A stretch of DNA of 64,000 bases from Eledone cirrhosa (lineage: Eukaryota). A program made the position numbers and the translations under genes. Below are positions 1-12,330 of this stretch, in pieces. Below the pieces are notes generated by a model that worked only from the letters and a program-made list of their open reading frames with translations, made no database searches and was not told the origin of the DNA. The stretch's first letter is position 1; the number at the start of each line of letters is the position of its first letter. Where the stretch lies: positions 1-64,000 of the forward strand of contig CAXHJY010001691.1 of the NCBI GenBank assembly GCA_964016885.1, given 5' to 3'.

Positions 1-258
1 GTATATGTATATATATATGTATATGTATATCTATATATATATGTATATATATATATGTATATGTATATATATATATGTATATGTATATTGTATATATATA
101 TATGTATATATATATATGTATATATATATATATGTATATATATATATGTATATATATATATGTATATATATATATGTATATATATATGTATATATATATG
201 TATATATATATGTATATATATATGTATATATATATGTATATATATATGTATATATATA

Positions 259-291
<33 letters not shown>

Positions 292-578
292 ATATATATG
301 TATATATATATATATGTGTATATATATATATATGTATATATGTATATATATATGTATATATATATATATATGTATATGTATATATATATATGTATATGTA
401 TATATATATATGTATATGTATATATATATATGTATATATATATATGTATATATATATATGTATATATATGTATATATATATGTATATATATATATATGTA
501 TATATATATATGTATATATATATATGTATATATATATATGTATATATATATGTATATATATATATGTATATATATATG

Positions 579-609
<31 letters not shown>

Positions 610-738
610 GTATATATATATATGTATATATATATATGTATATATATATATGTATATATATATGTATATATATATATATATATGTATATATATGTATATA
701 TGTATATGTATATATATGTATATATATATGTATATATG

Positions 739-787
<49 letters not shown>

Positions 788-1707
788 GTATATATATGTA
801 TATATGTATATATATATATATATGTATATATATGTATATATATGTATATATGTATATATATGTATATATGTATATATATGTATATATATATATGTATATA
901 TATGTATATATATATATATATATGTATATATATGTATATATATATATATATATGTATATATATGTATATGTATATATATGTATATATGTATATGTATATA
1001 TGTATATATGTATATATATATGTATATATTTATATATGTATATATATGTATATATATGTATATATATGTATTTATATATGTATATATATGTATTTATATA
1101 TGTATATATATGTATTTATATATATATATGTATATATATATATGTATATATGTATATATGTATATATGTATGTATATATATATGTATATGTATATATGTA
1201 TATATGTATGTATATATATATGTATATATATATATGTATATATGTATATATGTATATATGTATGTATATATATATGTATATTTATATATATATATGTATA
1301 TATGTATATGTATATGTATATATGTATATATATATATGTATATATATATATATGTATATATATATGTATATATGTATATGTATATATGTATATGTATATG
1401 TATATATATGTATATATATATATATGTATATATATATGTATATATGTATATGTATATATGTATATATATATATGTATATGTATATATATATATGTATATA
1501 TATATGTATATATGTATATGTATATATGTATATATGTATATGTATATGTATATATATATATGTATATATATATATGTATATGTATATATATATGTGTCTG
1601 TATATATATATATATATGTATATGTATATATATATATGTATATGTATATATATGTGTGTCTGTATATATATATATATATCTGTGTGTGTATATATATATA
1701 TATGTAT
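1..1707. repeat. Compound (TA)n/(TATG)n microsatellite, runs off the left edge
   Basis: Almost pure TA dinucleotide punctuated by G. The long Y/I/M/V/C 'ORFs' are translation artefacts. Confidence 0.98.
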
Positions 1708-2049
1708 ATCATCATCATCATTTTACGTCCGCTTTTCCCTGCTTGCAAGGGTGGGACGGAAACTGATTTTGGCTTGATTTCTACAGCTGGATGCCCTTCC
1801 TAACACCAACCTATTTACAGTGAGTGCTGGGTGCTTTTTTGCCGTGGCACCTCCACGACCACTTTGCAGTGGAATGATAGGGACTCCAGTCTGGGGTTCC
1901 TATCATCTCATTTCTACAGCTGAGTAAACTGGAGCAATGTGAAATAAAGTGTCTTGCTCAAGGACACAACACATCACCTGGTCTGAGAATTGAACTCACA
2001 ACCTTTCGATTGCAAGCCGAATGGTCTAACCACTAAGCCATGTGCCTCC
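1708..2049 (-). mobile_element. tRNA-derived CORE-type SINE (family A) with RTE-LINE-derived 3' end
   Basis: Reverse complement of 3155-3497. Shows A box TGGCTTAGTGG, B box GAGTTCAATTC, CORE-like CCTTGAGCAAGACACTT, the AGGAAGGGCATCCAGC block and a (TGA)n tail. Confidence 0.9.
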
Positions 2050-2131
2050 ATTATATATATATATGTATATATATATATGTATATATATATATATGTATAT
2101 ATATATATACATATGTATGTATATATATATA

Positions 2132-2175
<44 letters not shown>

Positions 2176-2176
<1 letters not shown>

Positions 2177-2427
2177 AAGGCGGATAAAATTCCCGAGATC
2201 CATGGACGAGTTCTCTCCAGCGGTCTCTGTCCCTCATTATCGCTGCCATGTCCTCCATCTCCAACAGACCAGTGTCTGTCCTCAGGGCATCAACATACGT
2301 TAACCTTGGTCTTCCTCTTCTAGTGTGTCCGTGTAGGGGCTCCCAAAGGAGTACTGAGTGCAATGTCAACTCTGGATGTCGGTGAGCATGTCCAGCTAAC
2401 CTCAGTCTCCTCTGTGTCACTTTTGAG
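2176..2427 (-). mobile_element. 5'-truncated RTE-clade LINE, C-terminal fragment (second family)
   Basis: Translation RRLRLAGHAHRH...LLWEP..G...[10 protein letters not shown]...MRDRDRWR is a typical RTE ORF C-terminus. Flanked by TA repeats. Confidence 0.85.
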
Positions 2428-2435
2428 CTGACTTT

Positions 2436-2498
<63 letters not shown>

Positions 2499-2540
2499 AC
2501 ATATATGTATATATATGTGTGTGTGTGTATATATATATAT

Positions 2541-3140
2541 GTCAGGTCACCAGTTGGTGCTACTGGTAACATGTATCCCAGTACAACCTGTCACATGGTC
2601 GGGTCGTTGGCGACTAAACTGGCAACCCCACCAAGGTTTCTTAGTGAGGAGGGACATCCTGCAGGACTAAAAACAAAACCTGTCAAAGAGCAAAGGAGCT
2701 CTTAAGATTCAATGGCCATCCAAACTCACCAGGAGAGATGACCCCTTAGCCTTTGTCAAGGCAGAATTCTAGGAGAAGGAAAACTCTGATATAACACCTG
2801 CAACCCTTATGGTATCCAATGATGTTGACTTGTTCTTCTTTTTGGTAAATATCATCTTGGTTAAGAGAGTGGGACTGGCTTTTTGCAGTGCCTTTGCTCA
2901 CTATAAAAAGCTTCACGGCACAAGCATTGCTTTATATCTGGAGATCTCTCTGCACTTGTCGTCACATGGTACCATGGGCCCAGCACTATGTGTCAATAAT
3001 TGTCACAAGTGTAGTGTTTGTACCAGAGTTTTCAAGTCGCTGGCAGGACTAAAAAGCTACACTCGCTCAGCGCATTGGTAGGGGTTCTCCTATATGGATA
3101 TAAAGTAGTGGCCGTACTCGAAATTGAGTTGGCAGCCACC
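2541..3140 (+). mobile_element. Probable internally deleted, non-autonomous RTE derivative (5' region fused to C2H2-finger 3' end)
   Basis: Contains CTAGGAGAAGGAAAACTCTGA (~2769-2789), recalled as an RTE 5'-region motif. Ends in CSVCTRVFKSLAGLKSYTRSAH, a degenerate C2H2 finger like RTE C-termini. The 5' part resembles 7945-8110. Confidence 0.55.
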
Positions 3141-3154
3141 ATATATATATATAT

Positions 3155-3497
3155 GGAGGCAGCTGGCTTAGTGGTTAGAGCATTGGCCTTGCAATCGAAA
3201 GGTTGTGAGTTCAATTCTCAGACCGGGTGATGTGTTGTTTCCTTGAGCAAGACACTTTATTTCACATTGCTCTAGTTTACTCAGCTGTAGAAATGAGATG
3301 ATAGGGACTGGGGTCCATATCATTCCACTGCAAAGTGGTCGTGGAGGTGCCATGGCAAAAAATCACCCAGCACTCACTCTAAATGAGGTTGGTGTTAGGA
3401 AGGGCATCCAGCTGTAGAAATCAAGCCAGAATCGGTTCCCGTCCCACCCTTGCAAGCAGGGAAAAAGCGGACGTAAAATGAAATGATGATGATGATG
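3155..3497 (+). mobile_element. tRNA-derived CORE-type SINE (family A), full length
   Basis: A box 3164-3174, B box 3207-3217, CORE-like 3241-3257. Segment 3325-3430 is near-identical to the LINE 3' UTR (62607-62758). Terminal stem-loop and (TGA)n tail. Confidence 0.92.
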
Positions 3498-3755
3498 TGT
3501 GTGTATATATATATGTGTGTGTATATATATGTGTGTGTATATATATATGTGTGCATATATATATATATGTGTGTATATATATATGTGTGTATATATATGT
3601 ATATATATGTGTATATATATATATATATATATGTGTGTGTATATATATATATATATATATGTGTGTATATATATATATATATGTGTGTGTGTATATATAT
3701 ATATATGTGTGTGTGTATATATATATATATATGTGTGTGTATATATATATATATA

Positions 3756-3790
<35 letters not shown>

Positions 3791-3905
3791 GTCTGTGTGT
3801 GTGTATATATATGTGTGTGTGTATATATATATGTGTGTATATATATATATGTATGTGTGTATATATATATGTGTATATATATATATATGTATGTGTGTAT
3901 ATATA

Positions 3906-3954
<49 letters not shown>

Positions 3955-3997
3955 ATATATGTGTATATATATATATATATGTATGTGTGTATATATA

Positions 3998-4046
<49 letters not shown>

Positions 4047-4139
4047 ATATATATATATTTGTGTGTATATATATGTGTGTATATATATGAGTGTATATAT
4101 ATATATGAGTGTGTATATATATATATATGTGTGTGTATA

Positions 4140-4191
<52 letters not shown>

Positions 4192-4197
4192 TATATA
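3498..4197. repeat. Compound (TA)n(TG)n microsatellite
   Basis: Alternating TA and TG dinucleotide runs. Confidence 0.97.
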
Positions 4198-4334
4198 AAT
4201 ATTCCTGTAGAAGTCATTTCTCTACATAATAAAGATGCCTATACTCTACCAATGTATTGAGTACCATTTTAAACTGTGGTTATCCCTGACACAACTCAGT
4301 AATCTACACACACACACACACACACACGTGTGTA

Positions 4335-4482
4335 TGGGTAAAGACCCTCTTTGGTCACAAATGAGCATATGGTTTGCACCTAGAAAGTTCCTCCGAGGTA
4401 CAAGTCTGGGCAGCAAGGTTATTTGTGGAAGACCAACAGCCACCCATGCATACCAGTTACCCCCTCTCCTTGCCACCGATAT
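4335..4482. mobile_element. Fragment of an interspersed repeat (probably SINE)
   Basis: GC-richer block (…GCACCTAGAAAGTT…GGAAGACCAACAGCCACCCATGCATACCAG…) recalled as a common octopus repeat. Not verified. Confidence 0.4.
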
Positions 4483-5270
4483 CATCTTCTTCTTCGCCCA
4501 CTTATTCCTGAGAGGGTCATGGGGGCAGAGTCCTCAAACTCACCTTCCAGTGGGTTCTGTTAGAAGCAACCATCTCCAATTGATCCAGCTGGATCCCCAA
4601 GCAAGACCAGCCAAGCTCATGGTTGTCATCTGACCATCTGACTCTAGGTCTCCTGCTAATTGGTTTTGTCTGTAAAATCTGTCCTGTGATACTTTCCTGA
4701 GACATTGTAACCATATCCCCATAATATCAGAGCTGTGATCTCTCAGCTTGGAGATGTAGTGGCTTTACCTAGCATTACTCTCTGAGCTATGCACTCTATT
4801 GAGTAACATTACTCTCAAGGCACTTTGGAGGAACCTCATCCTGGTGACTTGTATTCGTGATCGTATTCTTTTGACCACTATGCAAGATTCATGACAATAG
4901 GTAAAGATTGCCACAAATACCAATTTAAGATTGCGAGTTTGGCTTTTACACATACCTCCCTCTTTTTGATTACCGAATGCTGAAGTTGGCACATTGCTGC
5001 ACCAGCTCCTGCAATTTTTGCACTTAATTCTGCTTTAAATATGGGTCCAAGATATTTGAACTTCTCCACCTTCTTCAGTGGAACTCCATTCTCATGTAGA
5101 GTGCATGGTGCAGGTTTCCTTGAGAGGATGAGTGTCTGTTTTTGCAGCAGTGGTTTTCATTCCACCCATGCAGCAGTGGGCATCAAAGCCATCAAGTGCA
5201 AGTCTGCCAAATTCCATTTACAGGATATTGGTCAGCCCTATGTTTCAGTAGCACTTCAGTCAGTGCCTTT
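4483..5270 (-). mobile_element. Decayed RTE/Expander(Rex3)-like LINE 3' fragment
   Basis: Frameshifted pieces EKFKYLG, KREVCVKAKLAI, RIRSRIQVTRMRFL, RRPRVRWSD..LGWSCLGI, and a (GAA)n-like tail at ~4483-4495. Confidence 0.8.
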
Positions 5271-5356
5271 TATATAGATAAAATAGATTTTTTCCTTTAG
5301 AATATTTAAAAATACTTTTAATATACCTTTTAAAATATTTTTCTTATCTCTCACAG

Positions 5357-5428
5357 GCTGCTCTTAAGCTGAAAACTAGTATATTGAAAAAGAAGAACCC
5401 TGGTCCTCTGACAGCTAATTCAACAGAA
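5357..5428 (+). CDS. FOCAD: Internal coding exon, probably focadhesin N-terminal region (72 bp, phase 0-0)
   Basis: Acceptor ttcttatctctcacAG and donor GTAAGA. Open frame AALKLKTSILKKKNPGPLTANSTE splices in frame to the exon at 15000. Position matches the ~25-aa segment preceding TPALNLLW in human FOCAD (from memory), but similarity is weak. Confidence 0.6.
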
Positions 5429-5468
5429 GTAAGAACTTTATATCTATTTTTTTTTTTTTACCAGTTCC

Positions 5469-6149
5469 AGATCAGTCAGGTCTATGGTTATGGTATGGGA
5501 AAGTAAATCAGGATTTATATAATATAGTGGGACATAAGTTTATTAAAATAAACTGTTATACTGTTGCATTGCCATCACGTGTCAAACTTTGCTGCAGAAT
5601 TTATCATTGTTTTTTTTCTACTTTCTAAAGTGAGTTCCAAGCAAGTTGTCATTGTGTGGTTTAATTTTGTATTTTGATTGGTTTGTACGTTAATTCTTTA
5701 TTTGTATCACTATTTGCCTTGGTAGAAATATGGGGACACCACAACTGCTAATCTCATCTATCCCAGAAATATAGCCAAGATAAGTAAAATTAAAACACTG
5801 CATGATGAAATTATTTTAAAATTATTCTAATCATTTGCAAATTATTAAAATAAGAATTGAAAACTGCCCTAGTCCCATTTTATCCCATTACAGGGAATTC
5901 ATTCTATATTTCTGTTTTGTGTACTATTGGTCACACCAGGAAAAAAATTCATATTATTTTGTGTATCTCTCCTTATTTCTTAGTTTCAGTGTTTCCTTAG
6001 TTACTAACCTGCAAGAATCCAAATTACATTGTGTGCACAAACTAACATAAAATATATGTCACTTGTTTATTTTAATAAACTTATGTCCCACTATATTATA
6101 TAAATCCTGATTTACTTTCCCATACCATGGCCATAGACCTGACTGATCT
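5469..6149. mobile_element. MITE-like element with ~85-bp terminal inverted repeats
   Basis: 5469-5553 is the near-perfect reverse complement of 6065-6149 (2 mismatches seen). AT-rich non-coding interior. TSD unclear. Confidence 0.75.
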
Positions 6150-6914
6150 CACTATTGTCAGATTGCAAAGATTTTGTACACAGTCCATTCTGACTAATCC
6201 CAAAACAAACATGTGTCCATTCTATTGCCTGTTCTACTATATTACCATACTTTTTGACATACTTTCATTTAGCTTGGCACCATAAGTCATATATTTTAAT
6301 CCGTAATACCCCTTAACCTTTTTGTTACCAACCAGGTTAAAACCAGCTCTGTTTTTACAAAATAAAACAACCACCCATTTTAAAAGTTTCCAAATTAAAT
6401 TAAAATCTTCCAACATCATTTTGTATAAGAACCTCACATTAAGTTACTATCATAGTAATGAAATAATTAATAATTTTAGTAAATACCACAAAATTCTTCA
6501 TTAATTAATTAAAATAGAGTGTATGTCATGAACGAGTTAATAATTTCCTATTTCAAACTTTTTCTTTTTTTATCAATATCCTAAACCTATTATTGATTGA
6601 TGTAATCATTTTTTTAATTTCACACCTAAGCACTGAAGGTTGTGAACTATCTTGCCATATTCTGGTGGAAAAATTCTGTATTATGCAATTTTACTAAATA
6701 TTTTTCATCACTGAGAATTTGATTCAAACAATAGAGTATTTGGCTTTTTAGTTTAGTTAATGTTACTATATTTAATGTTGAGACCATTAAAATGCTAACT
6801 TGGAATAATTATGGTATGAAGAAAAAACAATATTTGTCAATGGCTAATGATATTTACATTGTTGTGGCAAGTATGGAATACTACTCCTGTTATATTATAG
6901 CCTCATCAAGGATG

Positions 6915-7110
6915 GTGAATTGGCAGTATCAAAAGAACAAGGGACAAAACACTTTGGTGTTTAGTCAACATTGTCTACATTCAGAGTTCAAATCCCACCA
7001 AGGTCAACTTTGCCTTGTTTCCTCTTCAGGTCAACAAAATAAAGTACCAGTTAAATACTGGAGTTGATATCAACTTTGCCCTTCCCTTGAATTGTTGGCC
7101 TTTTACTAAT
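6915..7110 (+). mobile_element. tRNA-derived SINE (family B), diverged
   Basis: TGGCAGTATC…GAGTTCAAATCCC…GGTCAACTTTGCC…AAAATAAAGTACCAG, homologous to 14366-14553. Confidence 0.8.
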
Positions 7111-7224
7111 GACCACATAAACAAAAAATAATCTTTACCATACTTGCTGAAGGATTGATGAGAGACTCAGTAAGTAAAGTTACATTGGTTGGTATAGGAA
7201 AATAGAAGTGGTTTAGAGAATGTT

Positions 7225-7630
7225 TCAGAGATGCTGCATGGTAGTGAAACATTGGCTGTGACTGCAGAGGACATGCGTAGACTGGAAAGAAATGAAATAG
7301 CTATGCTTCATTGGATGTGTAATCTAAATGTGTGAGAAAATCAGAGCTTCGATGAAGTGAGGGAGAAACGGGTTTAAGAGAAATCCAAAGTGGTGTGCTA
7401 GAGAGAAGACTGTGTTGGTACAGACATGTGATGCCAGGAAATCCCAGTGGAAGGAAGTTGCAGTAGAGGTAGATCAAGGAAGACCTGGGAAAAGGTGATG
7501 AGAGCTGAACTCAAATTGCTGAGACTCACTGAGGAGATGATGAAGGAACATGACAAGTGGATAGTTGCTATGCTGAAAAGGATCAATTCAACTCATACAA
7601 GTGTGGAAAAATGGATGTAAAAATGAAGAT
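7225..7630 (+). mobile_element. Old, decayed 3' fragment of the same RTE lineage as the intact LINE
   Basis: ATGCTGCATGGTAGTGAAAC…CGTAGACTGGAAAGAAATGAA (MLHGSET…RRLERNE) and a 3' GGATGTAAAAATGA terminus. Confidence 0.8.
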
Positions 7631-7944
7631 AATTATATTACCTGCATGGAAACCAATAGTTAAAGTTAATGGTAGTACTTTGCTGATGAAATGGTAACAA
7701 TTCCAGAATTCCTAAAAGAAGATTACAATAATGTCATTGACAAATGTTTCTTTTTCTTTTTTCTGTACTGCATGATTATACCTAATTAGATTTTTATCTG
7801 ACTATTTAGTTTGGTCCACCTACATTCTGAGCAAAAATTCTGTTAGGATCACTTTTCTTCTCATTACTTGGATTCAATAAAATAGATACTAGCAATATAC
7901 ATTTAATAAATCCTAGTCTTTTTATGGTCAGGCAAGGTTTCTGC

Positions 7945-8290
7945 CTGCTACTGGTACCATGTAACTCAATACAACATTCTTCATGATTGAGGAGTTGGTG
8001 ACTAAACCAGCTTCCCCATAAGACCCTAGTCTGGTGAGGAGTGTATGTGTAAGCCCAGTGTTAAAAGGGCAGATGAACTCCTCAGAATCAACAGCCATCC
8101 ACCCCAACTATAAGTTAAATAACCTCACCAACCTGCAATTGGCTAAGTGTGAGTATGCCTACACTCCTGACAGAACTAAAACTAAACAGAAAGAGGTGGA
8201 GGTCAACCAAGGAGGGTGTGCTCCAAAAGGAGTGAGAAGGCTCTGGATTGGATTGAAGTCTTTAACAATTAATCTTACTATGTAAAGAAC
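7945..8290 (+). mobile_element. Decayed interspersed repeat related to 2541-2730
   Basis: Shares TGCTACTGGTA.CATGTA..CA.TACAAC…GTTGG.GACTAAAC…GTGAGGA…TCAA..GCCATCCA with the 2541 element. Confidence 0.55.
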
Positions 8291-8309
8291 CATTATATTT
8301 CTGTTACAG

Positions 8310-8446
8310 TGCTTTGCAGCAAAGAGTTACGGCCCTTTATGGTTTGAGTTCAAATCCCGCCGAGGTTAACTTTGCCTTTCATCCTTATGGGGTCGATAAA
8401 ATAAAGTACCAGTAATACACTGGGATAATTGCTGGCCTTGTGCCAA
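8310..8446 (+). mobile_element. SINE family B, 5'-truncated
   Basis: GAGTTACGGCCCTTTA…GAGTTCAAATCCCGCCGAGGTTAACTTTGCCTTTCATCC…GGGGTCGATAAAATAAAGTACCAG. Confidence 0.88.
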
Positions 8447-8479
8447 TTATATTTGTGTTACAGTGCTACATTCTTTTAT

Positions 8480-8812
8480 CTTTTTAGTTGATTCACTTGT
8501 TAGGTTGTGGTTATACAGAGCTGCCTGCCAACTTGAAGAGATTTGGTCAATCATATTGATCACATTAATTATTTTTCCAAGTTTTGTACTTATTTCATAT
8601 ATCTGTATTAGTTAAACTACTAAGTTATGGGGTATAACAAACAACAACTTTTTTACACACATGCACACACACACTTTCTCTCCATATTGTTTTCTTTCTG
8701 TCTGTTGAATTTCACTCACAAGGTCTCAATCAACCCAAAACTATAGTAGAAGGCACTTAACCAAAGTGTCATCCAGTGGGACAGAATCCAACATCAAACA
8801 GCCATGAACACA
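8480..8812 (-). mobile_element. Decayed CORE-type SINE (third family)
   Basis: CACTCACAAGG…CTATAGTAGAAGGCACTTAACCAAAGTGTC (reverse CORE-like motif) and an internal (AC)n. Confidence 0.55.
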
Positions 8813-9091
8813 CCTATTTTTCTTCTTAAACATCACAGTATCATAACTATTTTTCTCAACATTATACCACATTATATTATCAAGAGTTAAAATTTTCTTT
8901 TTATTTCTTTCTTATATCTCTTTGATATTTCTGCTCTAATAATGTATGGCTGTAATACTATTTTTACCATAATTTCTATTATATTATTGTCCTATATTTA
9001 TTCCCATCATGTTATTTGGTACTTCTTTACCAGTTTAATTTAATGATATAAATATATTCCTCCTATTTAAACTCTATAGTGGATAGCTATT

Positions 9092-9679
9092 ATTGTAGGT
9101 TTTAGAAGGGCAGAGTCTCGAGGGAGTTTGCCATAGATTTTAGACAAGGTGGGATGTCGTTTCCAGGATAGGTTTTGCACTCTCATTAAGAGATGGGTAT
9201 ATGTGCCATCCAATCTCCTCTCAAGTTGTGATGTTAGTGTCCAAGTTTCGGATCCATAAAGTAATATGGGCTTAATGGTTGCTTGGAATATTTCCAGTTT
9301 TAGCTTGTTGGTAAGTTGAGATGTCCATATGGCGTGCATGTCATTGCACGCTGACCATGCCATACCCTTCCTGGTTAGAAAATCTTTTTTGGAGGAGGAG
9401 ATATATGAGCCAAGATACTTGTAATCTTCCACCTGCTCAATTTGCTGGCCACTGTCACCGTGCCAGCAATGAAATCATATCCGCTCTCTTGCTCTGGAAC
9501 CCTGACTCCAGCCTGACTAGGAGTAGGAAGCTGTCATTCCCTGACGTACGTTATCTCTAGGGATACGGGAATCAGTAGACAGGACCTGGGGGCAGCGATG
9601 GGGGATGGGGAATTCTGGGGCATGAGGGTGAGATCCATCATCTCGACAGTAGTTGACGAATGATGATGATTGTAGGTTT
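9092..9679. mobile_element. 5'-inverted (twin-primed) RTE LINE insertion with 11-bp TSD
   Basis: Minus strand 9432->9102 encodes VEDYKYLGS…LLYGSETWTL…SALLK. Plus strand from ~9434 continues AQFAGHCHR…LLLWNP… to a (TGA)n tail. ATTGTAGGTTT occurs at 9092-9102 and 9669-9679. Confidence 0.9.
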
Positions 9680-9871
9680 AAGAAATTTGCTTCAAAACTA
9701 CGTAATTGTAGGGTCTACCCTGCTGCGCCCTCCAACTTGGATAACCATAGCCTCAGGTCAGCAAAGCTATGAATGAGATTTAATTGATTGAAGTTGTCAG
9801 AGTCCAAGCGTAGAAAACAGTTGTAAAATGGGAATGATGATAATGATATATATATATATATATGTGTATAT

Positions 9872-11687
9872 ATCATCATCATCATCATCAACGTTTAACG
9901 TCCGTGTTCCACGCTTGCATGGGTTTGGACGGGGGTATTCCCACTTGAGGCAAGAGTGATTGTCTTGCTCGCATAGGACTGTCTGGCAGGTTTTCTACAG
10001 TTGGATGCCCTTCCTAACACCAACCACATTTACAGTGTGGGACTGGGAGGTTTTTACCGTGTTGCCTACACGGCCACATTACAGCGTGGACTGTGTTTTT
10101 TTGTCGTGACACCTACACGATCTCATTTGTTTCGGCCTGGATGTTGTGGCACCAACATAACTTTACATAGGAGGGGGTGGTGTGGATGGGGTGTGGGTGG
10201 TGGGACGGGGGTGTATTTTGTTAGAGATGCTTACTGGCTGTAGTAGGTTTTATTATGTATTTAGGTAAGGCGGGTCTTCTCTATTACTGAGTACCGCCAA
10301 AGGTCTCGGTCCAGTGACATTGTCTTGGAGAGGTGTAAGTGTGTGAGGTCGGAGTTTATCAGCTCGTCCCAGGATTTTCTAGGTGTGCCTATTCCGTGAC
10401 TACCGTCTATCTTTATTGCCCTGCACTTTGTTATACAGCTGTCGTCTTTCATGCGCATCACGTGTCCATACCAACGTAGCCTTCTCTCTAGTAAACAACA
10501 TCTGATCCCTCTTATTTCTAATTTTTTCATTAGTTCGTTTATGCTTTGCCGTTCACGTATATTACTATTACACATCCAGCGGAGCATGCAAGCTTCGTTC
10601 CTCTCTAGTCTGCGTATATCCTCTGCACACAATGCCCAGGTCTCACTGCTATGCAATATTGCTGTTCGTATGCAGGCATCATACAACCTGCCTTTCATTT
10701 TTAGGGAGAACCCTTTAGCGGCTAATAGTGGTATAAGCTCTCTGAACTTTTTCCATCCAGTTCTGACTCTAGCTACTGTACTTTCGGAGCACCCTCCCCC
10801 ACTGCTGATTTTGTCACCCAGGTAACGGAAGCTGTCCACTATTTCTATAGAGCCCTCTGCGCAATTGAAAGAGTTAGTATTTTGTGGGCACTCGCTGCTA
10901 CTTATTGCACCAGAGCACCGCCCACATGTAAAATCTAAGTTCTTAGTTAGCTTACCTGTGATCCCACTACATCTTTTATGCACCCATACTTTGCATTTGG
11001 GACATAAAATGGAGTTTCTACCTACGCCTTTCCTACACACTGAGCATGGCCATTTCCCGGAATGGACCGCCGTCTTATTTTCTTTCCTACAAACTAGAAC
11101 TTTAGTCTTAGCCATGTTAATTTTAAGGCCTTTTGATTCTAGGCCGTGCTTCCATGTTTGGAATTTCTTCTCTAGCTCGGCCATTGATTCAGCTATGAGT
11201 GTCAGGTCGTCTGCGTATAGGAGTTCCCATGGGCAGCCGGTCTTGAACTCCTCTGTTATAGCCTGAAGGGCAATAATAAATAGTAGGGGGCTGAGAACAG
11301 AGCCCTGATGGACGCCAACTTTTACGCTAAACTCTTCACTATATTCGTTGTTAATTCTAACCTTGCTGACTGTTTCTTTATACATGGCTTTATAGCTCTC
11401 ACAAGCCATTCGTCGACACCTAGTTTTCTAAGGGCCCACCAGATAATGGAACGGGGGACTCTGTTGAAGGCTTTCTCCAAGTCGACAAAAGCTAAGTAGA
11501 GGGGTTTACCTTTAGCTAGGTACTTCTCCTGTAGTTGACGTACAATGAAAAGAGCGTCTGTGGTACTTTTGCCTGACACAAACCCGAACTGCATTTCATC
11601 TAGGTCAATTCTCTCTCTGATTAGTTGCGCTATTACTTTTTCCGTGACCTTCATGACCTGGTCGATTAATTTAATGCCTCTATAGTT
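9872..11687 (-). mobile_element. 5'-truncated RTE LINE (sister subfamily of the intact LINE) with one frameshift
   Basis: RT (QFGF, AFVDLEKAF, GVHQGSVLSPLLF, YADD) and the C4HC3 finger lie in ORFs 11322-11654 and 10261-11409, split by a 1-bp deletion at ~11390. 3' UTR 9890-10260 and (TGA)n tail. Sits between TA repeats. Confidence 0.95.
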
Positions 11688-12069
11688 ATATATATATATA
11701 TATATATGTACATGTAAATATGTATATATGTATGTGTATATATATATATATATGTATATATATATGTGTGTGTGTGTGCAAATGAAGGATGTTAAAACCA
11801 GTGGATGAAGTAAAAAATACTTTGTGTTATTTCGCTCTGATTGTTATGGTTATGTTCTCTAACACCCAGTTCCCATTTGCTTCTCTACTTTATCAATTTG
11901 ACAGAATAAGTACCAGTTAAAGTTTTGGGATCAATATATTTCAATAAATATTTGAAGATAGTGCCCCAGCATGGTCACTGTCCAGTAACTCTAGAGCCAG
12001 TAAGCTCTATGTTTAATGTCTTAGTTTTGTTTATCTAAATCAAGGTTATTTTCATTTATTACAACAATA

Positions 12070-12330
12070 TGGTGTGTGGCCTAGTGATTAGGGTGTTGAA
12101 GTTATGATATAAGTGTTGTAGGTTTGATTCCTGGACCTGATAGCACATTTTGTTCTTCAGCAAAACACTTCATTTCATGTTGCTGCAGTACACTCACCAA
12201 TAAATTAGTACCAGATGTAGCTGGATGTTAACCCTATGATAGACTGGCATCCTTCCAGTGAGGAGTCTTTTACTCTCAATTGCATAAGCCAATGAATATT
12301 GAAACCAGGGATAAGCCTGATGGCTTGAGA
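12070..12330 (+). mobile_element. Decayed tRNA/CORE-type SINE
   Basis: TGGCCTAGTGATTAG A box, GGTTTGATTCC B box, TTCTTCAGCAAAACACTT CORE-like motif. Confidence 0.7.

Noticed and set aside
3155-3230. Functional tRNA gene
   Set aside because: It is a tRNA-like head continuous with CORE and LINE-tail sequence, with no proper acceptor stem, so it is a SINE head.
5-4260. Long Y/I/M/V/C/H/T-rich ORFs (up to 590 aa)
   Set aside because: They are translations of stop-free dinucleotide microsatellites, open in several frames at once.
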